Below, piece after piece: positions 17,326 through 30,200 of a stretch of 64,000 nt of DNA (position 1 is the stretch's first letter; every line of letters begins with the position of its first letter). The position numbers were made by a program, and so were the translations under genes. Source of the stretch: Antedon mediterranea. Lineage: Eukaryota > Animalia > Echinodermata. The notes under the pieces were generated by a model that was not told the DNA's origin, ran no database searches, and saw only the letters and a list, made by a program, of their open reading frames with translations. The stretch spans positions 25,045,648-25,109,647 of the forward strand of contig NC_092673.1 in NCBI RefSeq assembly GCF_964355755.1, given 5' to 3'.

Positions 17326-20300
17326 ACTGCAAGATGAATTTTCTTTTTAATTCAAAACTACCGATATAAATAAAATGTGCATTGAGTAAAATTACCGATA
17401 ACATTATTCTCTGTACATAATCAATGTTATACAAATTACATTCTCTTATTGAATAATAAATCTAAATACGAATATTATCACTAATCTTTTATTGTTTTAA
17501 CTCGTTTTGTTGTCTGACCAGTTTTATCCTTATGCTGATTATCCTGTTTACAGTTGTAGTGAATTGATAAACATTATTACACTACAAATCTATATTTAGA
17601 GTAACCATGAGGTGATTTTGGTATTGACACAGAGGGACAGGTGTAAGGTCCTATTGTTTTTTAAAACTATAATTGGCTGAATCACGATTTAAAAGAATAT
17701 GTGTGGTTTAATCATTTACAGTACCCAAATGACTGCAATTTAATTGTTAAGTTCAAAGTATGGAGCCTGCAAAGTAATATTTTCATTAAAGTAGAGTGTT
17801 CGGACTGTTTTGTTAATTATCAGTAACATTAAATCAATCAGTGTGTCCAAAGCAAAAGTTGAAATGGACTAAGGGTATGTTCAGACCTACGGAGTTATGC
17901 TTTCGTATCACAGCCAAGGTCATATTTTAATGAGCGTCGTAAGAGCAAAGTGTTCAGATTCATTGCAACGAAGTTGCGTTACAAACGGATATGATGTCAC
18001 TCGCTGGCGATTAATCAAACTCTAACGCACGCATAGACCTACCTTCGTTGTTATTAAAAGTAGTAGTGGTTGGTTTAGGAGTTACAGGCCTAGACCAAAC
18101 ACTTGGGCTCGGCATTATCGATTGGTTGTCAGGCATACCAACCAGCCGATCGTTTTGGGGTTTGGGTTTATATTTGGTCTATGACCTAAAATATCATTTA
18201 TGGCAGAAAAATGTTCAAATCCCGTACTTGCACCGGCTCCAGATTTATTTACTCGGTCTTTCACCGCTATACGACGACCCCTTCAATTTCGTTTGGATAT
18301 TAAATCCTTCTTTAATATGAGGATGGCATGACTTGGTTATACTGATGGGTGTGATAAATGTTTATTTATTAGTTCCGTGACCGTAAGAATAACGACTTTT
18401 GCATAAATTATTCGATAATTCTATTTAATTGAATATTCTATAAGTTTGAGAGAATTGTTTGTAGAGTATAAATCGACTAGGACTCTTGCCTTTCCAGTGA
18501 GAAACGTCGATTTGACTTCGTTCGCTGCGTAACCAGATATTGTATAATCACCTACACTTTAATTGGTTGATTTCGTATCACATGCGGCTAACTATTAGTT
18601 CTCCATGTTAAAAGTTATATTTACCTCGCCAAGGAGTTTATGTTTAATGGTTCTTTACAGGCAGCTTTTTATAGAAATGTTTAGATTCTTGTGATACGAG
18701 AGGCTGGTAACTTTTGCGCGCTATAAAGACAACATGTAGTGCCGTTAATAACTATTTCTAATCATCCCTGGCCAAAATTGAAGGGATACACTTTTTAATG
18801 TCATAGACTTCGACATGGATTAAAGATGGAAAATCGGTGTAATTGAATAACAGTTTACTTTCGACCAGCAGGTGTTTGAAAAACAACTAATTTTTTTAAT
18901 TCATTGAAATCGGTTTCCATTTGTGCATACTTTTATTTTGATTTGTAATGCATGATATGGACATTCGTAATGTCCCTTTAATCAACTTGTATTGTCTTTT
19001 AAATTGTGATTTTATAAACGAATAAAAAAAGTTACACGTGAGTGTGGGGGTCAGTGAGTGAGCATACACATGCGCGACAAAAGGCTGCTTGTCATATATA
19101 TTTCATATTTTCGCCATTCCACTCAAAAACATTCATTATCTGTACCATTCCACTCAAAAACATTCATTACAATATACGTTACAATTCGGTACAATCTGTT
19201 CCCTAAAATGGTATATTTATATATTTCTTTCAGAACCATGTCTTGGTTTCGGCTTGCACTGACCGCTATTTTAGTTGTGTCGGCCTTAAGCGGCGAAACA
19301 GTGGAAAATGACAGAGAGAAAGTTAACTCGGTTTCTCATCCTGAAATTAATTTGGAGAGTAAATCCTACAATCAACATGTTATCAGTTTGAGTGAAAAAG
19401 AACAACCATTGGTAGTTTCCTCTTCTCAGAATATAATTGATTCTGAAGGAACTGACAAAGTAAGAGCTTGCTGTAGACGTCGCAGAGTACGTCGATGCAG
19501 ACGATGCCGCCGCCGATGTCGTCGGTGTAGAAGACGACGCTGTCGATGTAGAAGACGAGTAGTACGCCGTCGATGTAGAAGACGAGTAGTACGCCGTCGA
19601 TGTAGAAGACGAGTAGTACGCCGTCGATGTAGAAGACGAAGAGTGTGCTGTCGTTATCGACTGTTCCGACGACGAGGCGCCTACTATCTCCATATAAAAT
19701 GTGGTAGGCGTGTTCGTGTAGTACGTGTAAGATGCCGAAGACGTGGTGCAAGGTTTTATTATTACTTTGGTGGAAGATGGAGGTTAGCTGGAGGACTAAG
19801 AGTACGCACCACGTACAGAGTATGTTGGAGAAACAACCGTTTCTACCTTCGAGTACAATGTGGTAGACGTGTCCGTTATGTCCGTGTAAACTACAAAAGA
19901 CGTGGTGGTAGACTGTATTACTATTATGGTGGAAGATGTAGAATTATCACCCGCTACAGAATACACGGAAGATGGGTAAGCTGGCGTCATTTTAGAGAAC
20001 CCATTACCTATAGAGTGTGTTGGAGACACAACCGTTTTTACCTCCGGGTACAACGTGGTAGACGTGTCCGTTATGTCCGTGTAAACTACAGAAGACGGCG
20101 TGGTAGATTGTATTACTTTATGGTGGACGATGGAGAATTATCATCCGATACATAAGAAACGGAAGATGGGTAAGCTGGCGTCACTTTAGAGTACCCATCA
20201 CCTATAGAGTGTGTTGGAGACACAACCGTTTCTACCTTCGAGTACAATGTTGTAAACGTGTCCGTTATGTCCGTGTAAACTACAGAAGACGGCGTGGTAG

Positions 20301-21341
20301 ATTGTATTACTATTATGGTGGAAGATGGAGAATTATCACCCGCTACAGAATAAACGGAAGATGGGTAAGCTGGCGTCACTTTAGAGTACCCATCACTTAC
20401 ACAGAGTTTGCTGGAGACACAACCGTTTCTACCTTCGAGTACAACGTGGTAGACGTGTCCGTTATGTCGGTATAAACTACAGAAGACGTCGTGGTAGATT
20501 GTATTACTATTATGGTGGAAGATGGAGAAATATCACCCGCTACAGAATAAACGGAAGATGGGTAAGCTGGCGTCACTTTAGAGTACCCATCACTTACAGA
20601 GTGTGCTGGAGACACAACCGTTTCTACCGTCGAGTACAGCGTGGTAGACGTGTCCGTTATGTGGGTGTAAACTACAGAAGACGTCGTGGTAGATTGTATT
20701 ACTATTATGGAGGAAGATGGAGAATTATCACCCGCTACATAAGAAAAGGAAGATGGGTAAGCTGGCGTCACTTTAGAGTACTCATCACCTATAGAGTGTG
20801 TTGTAGACACAACCGTTTCTACCACGTCCACCACTATCACATTCACCACCAACACTACCACCACCACTATCATGTCCACCACCGCCATCGATTTAGAAGA
20901 CGACGTCGTCGAAGTACATACTGTGGTCTCAGCTTAAATGAAAAAGAACAAAGACTGGCAGATTCCCTTCCTCAGAACATAATTAAATCTGAAGGAGCTG
21001 ACAAAGTATTAGCTTGTTGTAGACGTCGCAGACACCACCACCGCCACCACCAACACTTCGGCTTCCATCTCCAAATTCACCACCACTACCAATACAATGG
21101 TCTCAGCTTAAGTGAAAATGAACAAAGCCTGGCAGATTCTCTTCCTCAGAACATAATTAAATCTGAAAGAGCTGACAAAGTATTAGCTAGTTGCAGATGT
21201 GGCAGATTACGTAGAAGACGAAGACGGCATAGAAGACGAATAGCACGCCGTCAACGTAGAAGACGAAGACGAAACCGTCGACGTAGAAGACGGATAGCAC
21301 GCCGTCTACGTAGAAGACGAGTATATTGGAGACACAACCAT

Positions 21342-24300
21342 TAGTCCAAGAGCATTAGTTCATAAGTATAGGCAGACCCGGACATTTCTGGTAACAAGCT
21401 AATTTTTTCAGGAAAGGTCCAGAACTATGATTGGAACATCATACTAAAAGTCCTGAAAAATCCTCCTTGTGCTCTCCGAGAAATTCAAGATGGCGTCCAA
21501 AATGGTTGCCATTTTAATTAGTCTATAACTTTGTAACCGCTTGTCGTAGAGTATTGATTTTGGTGTCAAATAGTTCACAGTATATACATTCCTATTTGCT
21601 CTAACAGAAAATTTTGTAAAAAAATGGCTGCTACTACAGTTTCTGGTAGTATGACCTTTGACCTGGTCTTATCATATCTCGGTAATGGCTTGTCATAGAG
21701 AATTAAGATTAGGCCCAAATTGTTCAGAACATGCATATTTATATTTGGTGTAATAAAATATTTTATCTCAAAATGACCGGAAGTGAGGTTATTGACCTCT
21801 TATTGACCTATTCAAATATATTTTACCGTATCTCAAGAAATATTTACCGTATAACGTTACTTTTGGTGTCAAATTGTTTGGAACATATACATTTCTATTT
21901 AGTCTAATACAAAAGTTTTCCCTAAAATGCTCGGAAGTAAGTTAAATTATTGAACATTTTAAAAATCAAAGAGCTGCATAGGCAGAGTATATGAATACTG
22001 TAGATAAAATCAAAAACAACATTTTAACTCTGCCTTAAAACATGTTTTTGGCGTAGTACATCATCAGGTAAAGTGAATTGTTACAAAAAGAAAATATAAA
22101 GTCAATAAATTACAAAGAACAACTGTCAGTGGCTAATCAAAGTTGGTTAAGTAAGCAAAAGACAATTGGAAAATAGCTATGTACATGGCACATATCCGGA
22201 TTGTAAAAAACAAATGTCAAAGACCCTTTATCTGCAATACGATGTCGGTTGGTAAACACTAACTCATATTCATATTTTTTCGTTATTTTTACACTGGATG
22301 TTAATACTTGGAGGCAAATATAAATGTTTTTAAACATTTTTCAAATTTTTTTAACATTTTCAGCAATTTCGGTCGGTTGGTCAGTTAGTAAACACTAACT
22401 CATATTCATATTTTTCCGTTATTTTGACACTCGATATTAATATGTTTTTAAACATTTTAAAACATTTTTAAACATTTTCAGCAATTTCGGTTAGTCGGTC
22501 GGTCGGTAAAGACTAACTCATATTCATATTTTTTCGTTATTTTGACAGTGGATATTAATACTTGGAGGAAAATATACATGTTTTAAAATTTTATCAACAT
22601 TTTCAAACATTTCCACCAATTTCGGTCGGTTGGTCGGTCGGTAGGTTGGTCGGTAGTTCAGTAAACAATAACTCAAATTTGCACACGCGCATGCAGCCAT
22701 GTATATGGACTGACTTATTAAAAATAATGCATTTTGAAACATTACTTGTTTTAAATGTTCGTTATATGGTTTATTTATGAAAAAAAGAGAATGTACCCTA
22801 GGTATTTCGCATCAAACACCCTTTACCAAGCATGCATAGACTTTTTTTTCAGATTCAGATTTTATTTGGTACTTGTGGAAATCCATGAAAAAATAGATTG
22901 AAAGACGCAGGCAATGATCCCGGTACCTCTACTAAGTGAGTGCTCTATCATTTGAGCTAGTCCCCCAGTTACATATTTAACTGTTTAAAGATGAAAAAAT
23001 GATCGCCATTTGCCTTTTATAGGATTTATTATATATTGAAAATAATGCAAAATAAGGGTCTTTAAATCTCTGTAACATTGATCAGCAGCATTCTGTTACA
23101 GTCATTCATCATCTGATGTTGCATCTTCAACAACTTGGTGTTTGTTGCTTTTTTCACATCATTATCATGTTCATCTGTAGGTGTTGTTGCATGTTTGCCC
23201 AAAACAGTTATGACGTTAATTTGTTTTCATCTTTAAACAGTTAAAAGGTGAAAGTCTAGGCTTGCCAGTTAGAGAACATTCAAGGGTGCATTCTCTTTTA
23301 AAACAAGGAATGACCTGGTTTCCTGTTTTAAAATACATTATTTTTACAAATAAAATGGTCTTTACATTTGTTTCTGACAATCCTGAGTATAATATATGCC
23401 ATGTACATACTGTAGTGTTTGCCAATTGGGCATTTTCATGCGAAATGTATATGACCTGAACATTTCATTTTCACAGTATCATAAAGTCTATACATTTCCT
23501 AATTACATAAAAGTTATACTTTTATGAACAAAAATAATAAAATAACAAAAACAACGACGTGATTTCAACAAAGCACTAATTCGCGTATATAACGTGAGTT
23601 AAAGACGAATAAAGCATTTAAAATGTATTCATGACATCTACATATGGGTGACATTTTGCAGCAATAACATTTCAACCATAACTAGTATGAGAATTTACGT
23701 TTCCCTGTTTTTAGTTCATGTCCATTTTTTGTAACAAGTGTTACCGATATTCTTTGTTCTATCAAAGTAAAATTTACCCTCAAGGTTATCGTTGAAAACA
23801 ACAAAACACTCTTCAACTACCCAATAAAATGTAACGCTTGTTGTGGAATAACACTTTTTTTTTTTAAATTAACCAACTTAGTTATTGACTATGCAGCTCT
23901 TTGATTTGTTTAATTTTTAATAATTTAATTTACTTTCGAGTATTTTAGGGCAAAATGTTGTATTAGACCAAATAGAAATGTATATGTTCCAAACAATTTG
24001 ACACCAAAAGTAACGCTATACGATAAATATTTCTTGAGATACGGTAAAAGATATATGAATAGGTCAATAAGAGGTCAATAACCTCACTTCCGGTCATTTT
24101 GGGATAAAATATTTCATTACACCAAATAAAAATATGCATGTTCTGAACAATTTGGGCCTAATCCCAATTTTCTATGATAAGCCATTACCGAGATATGATA
24201 ATACCAGGTCAAAGGTCAAACTGCCAGAAACTGCAGTAGCGACCATTTTTTGACAAAATTTTCTGTTAGAGTAAATAGGAATGTATATATCGTGAACTAT

Positions 24301-24517
24301 TTGACACCAAAATCAATACTCTACGACAAGCGGTTACAAAGTTATAGACTAATTAAAATGGCAGCCATTTTGGACGCAATCTTGAATTTCTCGGAGAGCA
24401 CAAGGAGGATTTTTCAGGACTTTTAGTATGATGTTCCAATCATAGTTCTGGACCTTTCCTGAAAAAATTAGCTTGTTACCAGAAATGTCCGGGTCAAACC
24501 CTAATGCTCTTGGACTA
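21342..24517. mobile_element. Non-autonomous DNA transposon with ~640-bp TIRs (Academ-like termini)
   Basis: Ends TAGTCCAAGAGCATTAG / CTAATGCTCTTGGACTA; CAT duplicated at 21339-21341 and 24518-24520; paralogue D reads AACCATTACTAC (empty site). Arms ~21342-21981 and ~23889-24517. Confidence 0.85.
22899..22966 (-). pseudogene. tRNA-Ala-derived relic inside the transposon
   Basis: GGGGGACTAGCTCAAATGATAGAGCACTCACTTAGTA-----GAGGTACCGGGATCATTGCCTGCGTCTTTCA aligns by eye to metazoan tRNA-Ala(AGC), with a 5-nt anticodon-arm deletion and several transitions. Confidence 0.7.
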
Positions 24518-26337
24518 CATTACTACCTTCGAGTACTATGTGGTGGACACGCTCATTATGTTAGCATAAATTCCAGAAGACGTGGAGGTAGATTGTATTA
24601 TTTTATGGTGGAAGATGGAGAATCTTTACCCGGTACAGAAGAAACGGAATATGGATAACTTGCCCAAGATCAGGTTAAACTGCAAGATGATAGGTTTTAC
24701 CTTTGAATCTTCTTTTTAATTGAAAACTACCGATATAAATAAAATGTGCATTGAGTAAAATTACCGATATAATATTAGAAAGAAGTCTATTATAGAAAAT
24801 ATTGACTAATAAATCTAAATACAAATATTATCACAAATCTGTTGTCATTGTTTTAACTCGTTCGTAGTTTAACCATGCCTCCGTCGCCTAATTGCCTATA
24901 CCAGGGAAGAGTTTAACTCTTCCCTGCCTATACTAAGTTTTGTTGTCTGACCAGTTTTATCCTTATGCTAATGTTTACTATACAAACACGTATAAGAACA
25001 TTCATTCACAAAACAGTAATGATCCAAGATAAATGGAATGCTAATAAACAAATTAATTGTCATCAATTACCTAACCTCCGGAATATCTATAACGTTTTTT
25101 GATTCATTGAAATAAACCCAATGGTTGAACTTTTTTTTAAAGACAGAATAGAACAGACACCTGAATAAAGTCATAACGAAGTACATTAGATTTGAACTCG
25201 CCACAGTTAGGACACAGTTCAATGCATTGTCGATCGAATTACGATACTGACTGACAAGTTTACGAACACATTTCTATCATTATCTATTGGTAAACACAAA
25301 AGCATCGGGCCCAACATCGATCGTTTTCTCTACTCTCGACTATTATGCTTGAACGGAAGCATTTAAAGTATTTAATAAATCAACTGAAGCCAGGATATTT
25401 TTTTATGATTACTGTTGACAACTTGTATTTACTAGTAATAAATTTAAAATCATTTACGCATGCGTCATGCCGAAATCGGGAACAGAGATTATTCGACTGA
25501 TTATTATTTTCAGAAAATATTTGGCAAATTATGCCATAGTACAACTACACCCTGGACACCCACACCTCTAGGACAAATGCCCACATACTGTTCATCGTGG
25601 TAACCATGTTATTTTATCTATTACTGATATTACTTTGTTTTTCTTTTTTGTACGAAAGAAAATCTTAAGACCGACTAGAACAACCCCACGTGAAAGCCAA
25701 CAGCGCCGCCTGTTGTTTTTGCGACCATTTTGGCCATAAACTATACTATTATATTCTAAATCGCACTCGATCGTCGACGGAACTAACATTTTTGGAGAAC
25801 AAAATGCAGTAATTTAGACCAAAAACAAAAAAAGCACTTAAATTTTGATTAATTAATGGGAACAACTCTTCAAGACGTAGAATCGTTGGAAGAATTGTAA
25901 TTTACATCGCTGCCTTTCTAGCATAGGCCAACAAAGCTAGTTGTTGTCGTGGTTTTATGCAGGATCCTTGTTATCAGTTGTATTGCAAATATGATGTAAT
26001 TGATGACTAAATAAATGTGGAATAAATGAAAATGAAATGAAATGGAAGAAATGTAATTGGCCAAGATCAGTTTCATTTTCCTGGCGTAATCTACATCGCT
26101 GCCTATCTAGCATAAGCAAACCAAGCTAGTTTTTTGTCGTAGTTTATGGCTCTAACCCAATGCTTATATGTATCATCATCACATATCTCTTGTATTTATT
26201 TTTAATAAAAGTGAAAACTCTTGAGGTAGATTTTATTTTGCCATGCACAGAAATTTACGGCGACGGCTGTACGACGAGCGCGCGCGGCGATATTTTAAAT
26301 CTCGCGATTGTTCTGAAAAGGACTGTACATCCTTAAT

Positions 26338-27181
26338 TTATAAAATTATAAATAAAATATAATTTAAAAAAATTAATGAATTTATACTATCTGTTGGTCA
26401 TGACCGATATGTGTTTATTTTGCTGCATTATTTCAAAGAATAATATTCTTCCCTTAACTCTAATATGAAAGCAATACCAAAACGGTCTAATTAAAGATAA
26501 AAACGCTTTTTAATTTGTATTTATTTTCAAGGAAAGCAAGAATTAAAAAGATAAAATTGTTAAAAGAAAATTTTTGTTAATTGATAACGTATGTATAAAA
26601 AAAAATATAAGTATAATTAATGTATAAGATTATAAAAGAAAGGAAATGTATTAATGATGACATGTATAAAAATTAATTAAAGATAAAAACGCATCTTAAT
26701 TGTATTTATGAAAAAATTGTTTAAAGAGAAAACAAAATTGTGTTAATTGATAACGCAGGTATAAATAAAGGTATATAAGATTAAAAAAGAAAGAAAATGC
26801 ATTAACGTTAACATGTATAAAAATTAATTAAAGATAAAAACGCATTTTAAGTTGTATTTATTTTCAAGCAAAAGTAAAAATTAAAAATATAAAAATGTTA
26901 AAAAGAAAAAAAAATTGTTAATTGATAATGTATGTACAAAGAATATAAGTATAATTAATATATAAGATTATAAAATAAATGAAATGCATTGATGATGACA
27001 TGTAAAAAAAATAGAAAATAATTATGGTGAATAATGATAATAGGTATAGAAACAAATACAAAAATCATTAGTAATTCAAACAGATGATAACAAAAATGCA
27101 ATTGTATAAATGTATATTACTGTTTTTATATGATGTTTGTTTGAAATAAAAGTGGGATGCTCCCACATAAAGAAAAAAAAA
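26338..27181 (+). mobile_element. 5'-truncated non-LTR retroelement tail (AT-rich 3' UTR + polyA); second copy 43703-49150 is interrupted by the LINE
   Basis: Ends AATAAAAGTGGGATGCTCCCACATAAAG(A)n. 14-bp TSD TGTACATCCTTAAT at 26324/27182 (1 mismatch) and perfect at 43689/49151. Confidence 0.7.
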
Positions 27182-27216
27182 TGTACATCTTTAATACGTT
27201 GTTAAAATATGGTTCT

Positions 27217-30200
27217 CTATGGCAAGCCTCAGCTGTCTGAAGTATTCAAAATATTATATTATTATATCATTTTTTTATTATATTATATATTGTATTGTAA
27301 TGAATTATACATTTTGCATTATATTACTTGGTTTTAGCATTATATTATATCTATTTCTAATATATTATGTGAAAAATGTAACAAATTATTGACTTTTTGT
27401 ATTATATTATTTGGTTTTAGCATTATATTATGAACATTTAATATTATATTATTAATAAAATACATTATATTATAATATAATTGTATTATATTAAACGCAT
27501 TTACTTTACTTTATAACATACAACATTATTATATTATACGGATTCGTTAGTTATATTATTATGTTGTACATGTTTATTATACGTCACGGCTTATTTCAGT
27601 TCTTCTAACTCTTTCTCTCCCTCCCCCTGTTCACTAGCAATCAGCGGCCGGCAGAATCTGAATTGTGACTGTTGAAGAATAACTACGTACTAGGCCTAGC
27701 CTAGGCCTACTAGGGGATCTAGACAAGTGACCAAGGATCACCGGACAGCTACAACTAATACTACAATACAATAATACTACTACAATAACTACTACTGCTA
27801 CTACCTAGGCCTAGCTAGTGAGTAGTAGGTAGCTACTACTAGGCTCTAGGGCGTATGTATGATGTTAACTACTAGGTAGGGCTAGGCCTAACTAGAGGCC
27901 TACTAGTACTAGGCTAGGCCTAGACTTAAGTTGTAGTAGGCTAGGGCCGGGCCTGCTGCCTTAGGCTAGGCTACTACTACTACTAATACTACTAGGCAGC
28001 CCATGATGGGTACGAGTAAGCCAAAATTTTGGATACTGTATATGTAAACCAAAATTTGGGTACGAGCGTGTTGGCATGGCATGCGTACGGGTTAACCTGT
28101 ATCCTTCTAGCTAATCGTACTATGCCTAGGCCTCAAGTAAGTCTACGCTACCCAGTCCGGCTACAATATGGTCTATTTTGTTTTATAGCTTTATTGATAG
28201 CTGGGTTCAAATCTGGGTTGGGACGGCTTTTTCTCATTCTAAAACAGATTTCCTTATAATAAAATAATATATGAATTTATTTGTAATATTGTAATGTATA
28301 CATAATATAAGTAATTGCCATTGCCTTTATTACTATTAATTATGTATTAATAATTATACGGTTACCCCTTAATTATACTATATTATAATTTCATTGTTAT
28401 ATTTTACAATATTTTCTTCCTAATTCTACAATTTTGTCTTTCACAGCACAAATTTATCATACTGAATCATCACACACCAAGTCTCATAAATCTCTACTGT
28501 ATTTGTCCAAGCTACTCCAGCTACATGGTATTGCCTTGAGGCTAAATTACACGGTATACTGGCACTACCATCATTCCTGGCTCGTCAACCTGTACCACAT
28601 AAGCACAGTTTCAGTTTCAGTTTATTTACCATTTCAATTTCTGAACATAAGAGATGAACAACTTATATGGATGGATAACCGTAAGAGCGAAGCTCGTTTA
28701 CCGGTCACCCGTTAGTGCAGTGACATTACAGACAACATAAAGACAGGACAAAGGTGCAATACTTAACAAGACATGTGAACACTTGTGTTTGCAACCCCTT
28801 GGATAAAATAATATATTTATATAATGGAGAAAGTTAGATATTATAATATTTCTTTTTGATCATACAATGATAATTTTTAAATTACTTCTTAAGAAGTCAT
28901 ACTACTGATTCAAAATAGTGACTTACACCCTGTGGTCAAGGCTTTCTTTGCTCTTATGCTTATTTCCTCCAACATACAGAGTACATAGGACTTTTTTTAT
29001 TCATAACTGTTGAATTGTTTCCCAATACATAGTACCTATTGGTATTATATCTAAAAATACAAAGGCGGCTAACACAGATAGTTCCATATATACAGTACTC
29101 TTTTATAAATAAATGTATCTCTCCAAACTACTCCCAACTACCTAATCTAATAATAGTACTATTAGCATACTACTATACACTTTGTAGACAAGAAATAAGT
29201 TGTATACACTAGAGGACTTATGGTAGTACAGTCGATCGCCCTCTAACTGGCCCGGTCAACATAATCTATACCTAGATTATTACAGTAATTAAAGTACATT
29301 ATTACAGAGTTTTTTTTTTTTTGCAGAAATCAAAATTATGTGTATAGAAAGCAGTACTCGTATTAAAAACTAAGCAGGTTTTTGAACGCAAACTGGCAGG
29401 ATATTTTGAATATTTTTTGTTGTTGAAACGATGGAATCCTAACTTCAATTTCCACGAACCCTTTTATTTAAATTTATTTGAATAGACCTCCATGTAAACT
29501 CATTAAAGGCTACATGATTGTTTTATATTTTAATATGTGATAGTAGAAAATCATTGTGTATAATGAGGACTATGAATCTGATATTTACTTGCATTCTCAT
29601 CTTTTTAAATTATTATTTATAATGCCGGTAATGAGTTTAAAATTTAATTATATTGACTATTTTTGATAATCATCATGTCCTTATAAATTCATTTATATTT
29701 CTTTTGTGTAATATAGTTCATATATTATGTATTAAGTAAATTGGTAAGGCCCTATACTGTTACTATTTAAGGAAAGTTTATATACACTATTATTTTATGC
29801 CTACCAATATTAGTATTAATTGTTTATGTAAATATTTTGTCTAATTGCCTTGATTTTTTGTATAGGCCAATGGCATCAATGTTTTTCTCAAAGCAAATTA
29901 GCCTAATAATGCCACATTTAGACACATGATTCATTGATTTCTGATATTCTGTACTTGTGTATGCATTACTAAAATAGTAGTTAATATATTTCATTTATAA
30001 TGTATGTATAAACATATATTCATATTTTTTTAAACATTTTTAAATTTAAAAATTATTACAATACCTATCTACCTTTCTGATATTGTTACTATTATATATT
30101 ATTTTTTGAGGCAGCAATAAAAAAAAAATTAGAACAATTAATTTGAGTTATACTGTACTATGTTAGTTCAGGAGATGAAGTGTGTGTGGGCAGAAACTAG

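Larger units (their letters stand above)
19238..24678 (+). pseudogene. Gene C: chimeric paralogue, frameshifted and transposon-interrupted
   Basis: B-type signal peptide, A-type Arg tract and repeats, then His modules. 1-nt deletion ~20118, 2-nt insertion ~20400, insertion 21342-24517, another 1-nt deletion ~24601; homologous stop TAA 24676-24678; no TATA or exon 1. Confidence 0.88.

Noticed and set aside
22899-22966. Functional tRNA gene
   Set aside because: Anticodon-arm deletion and stem mismatches.
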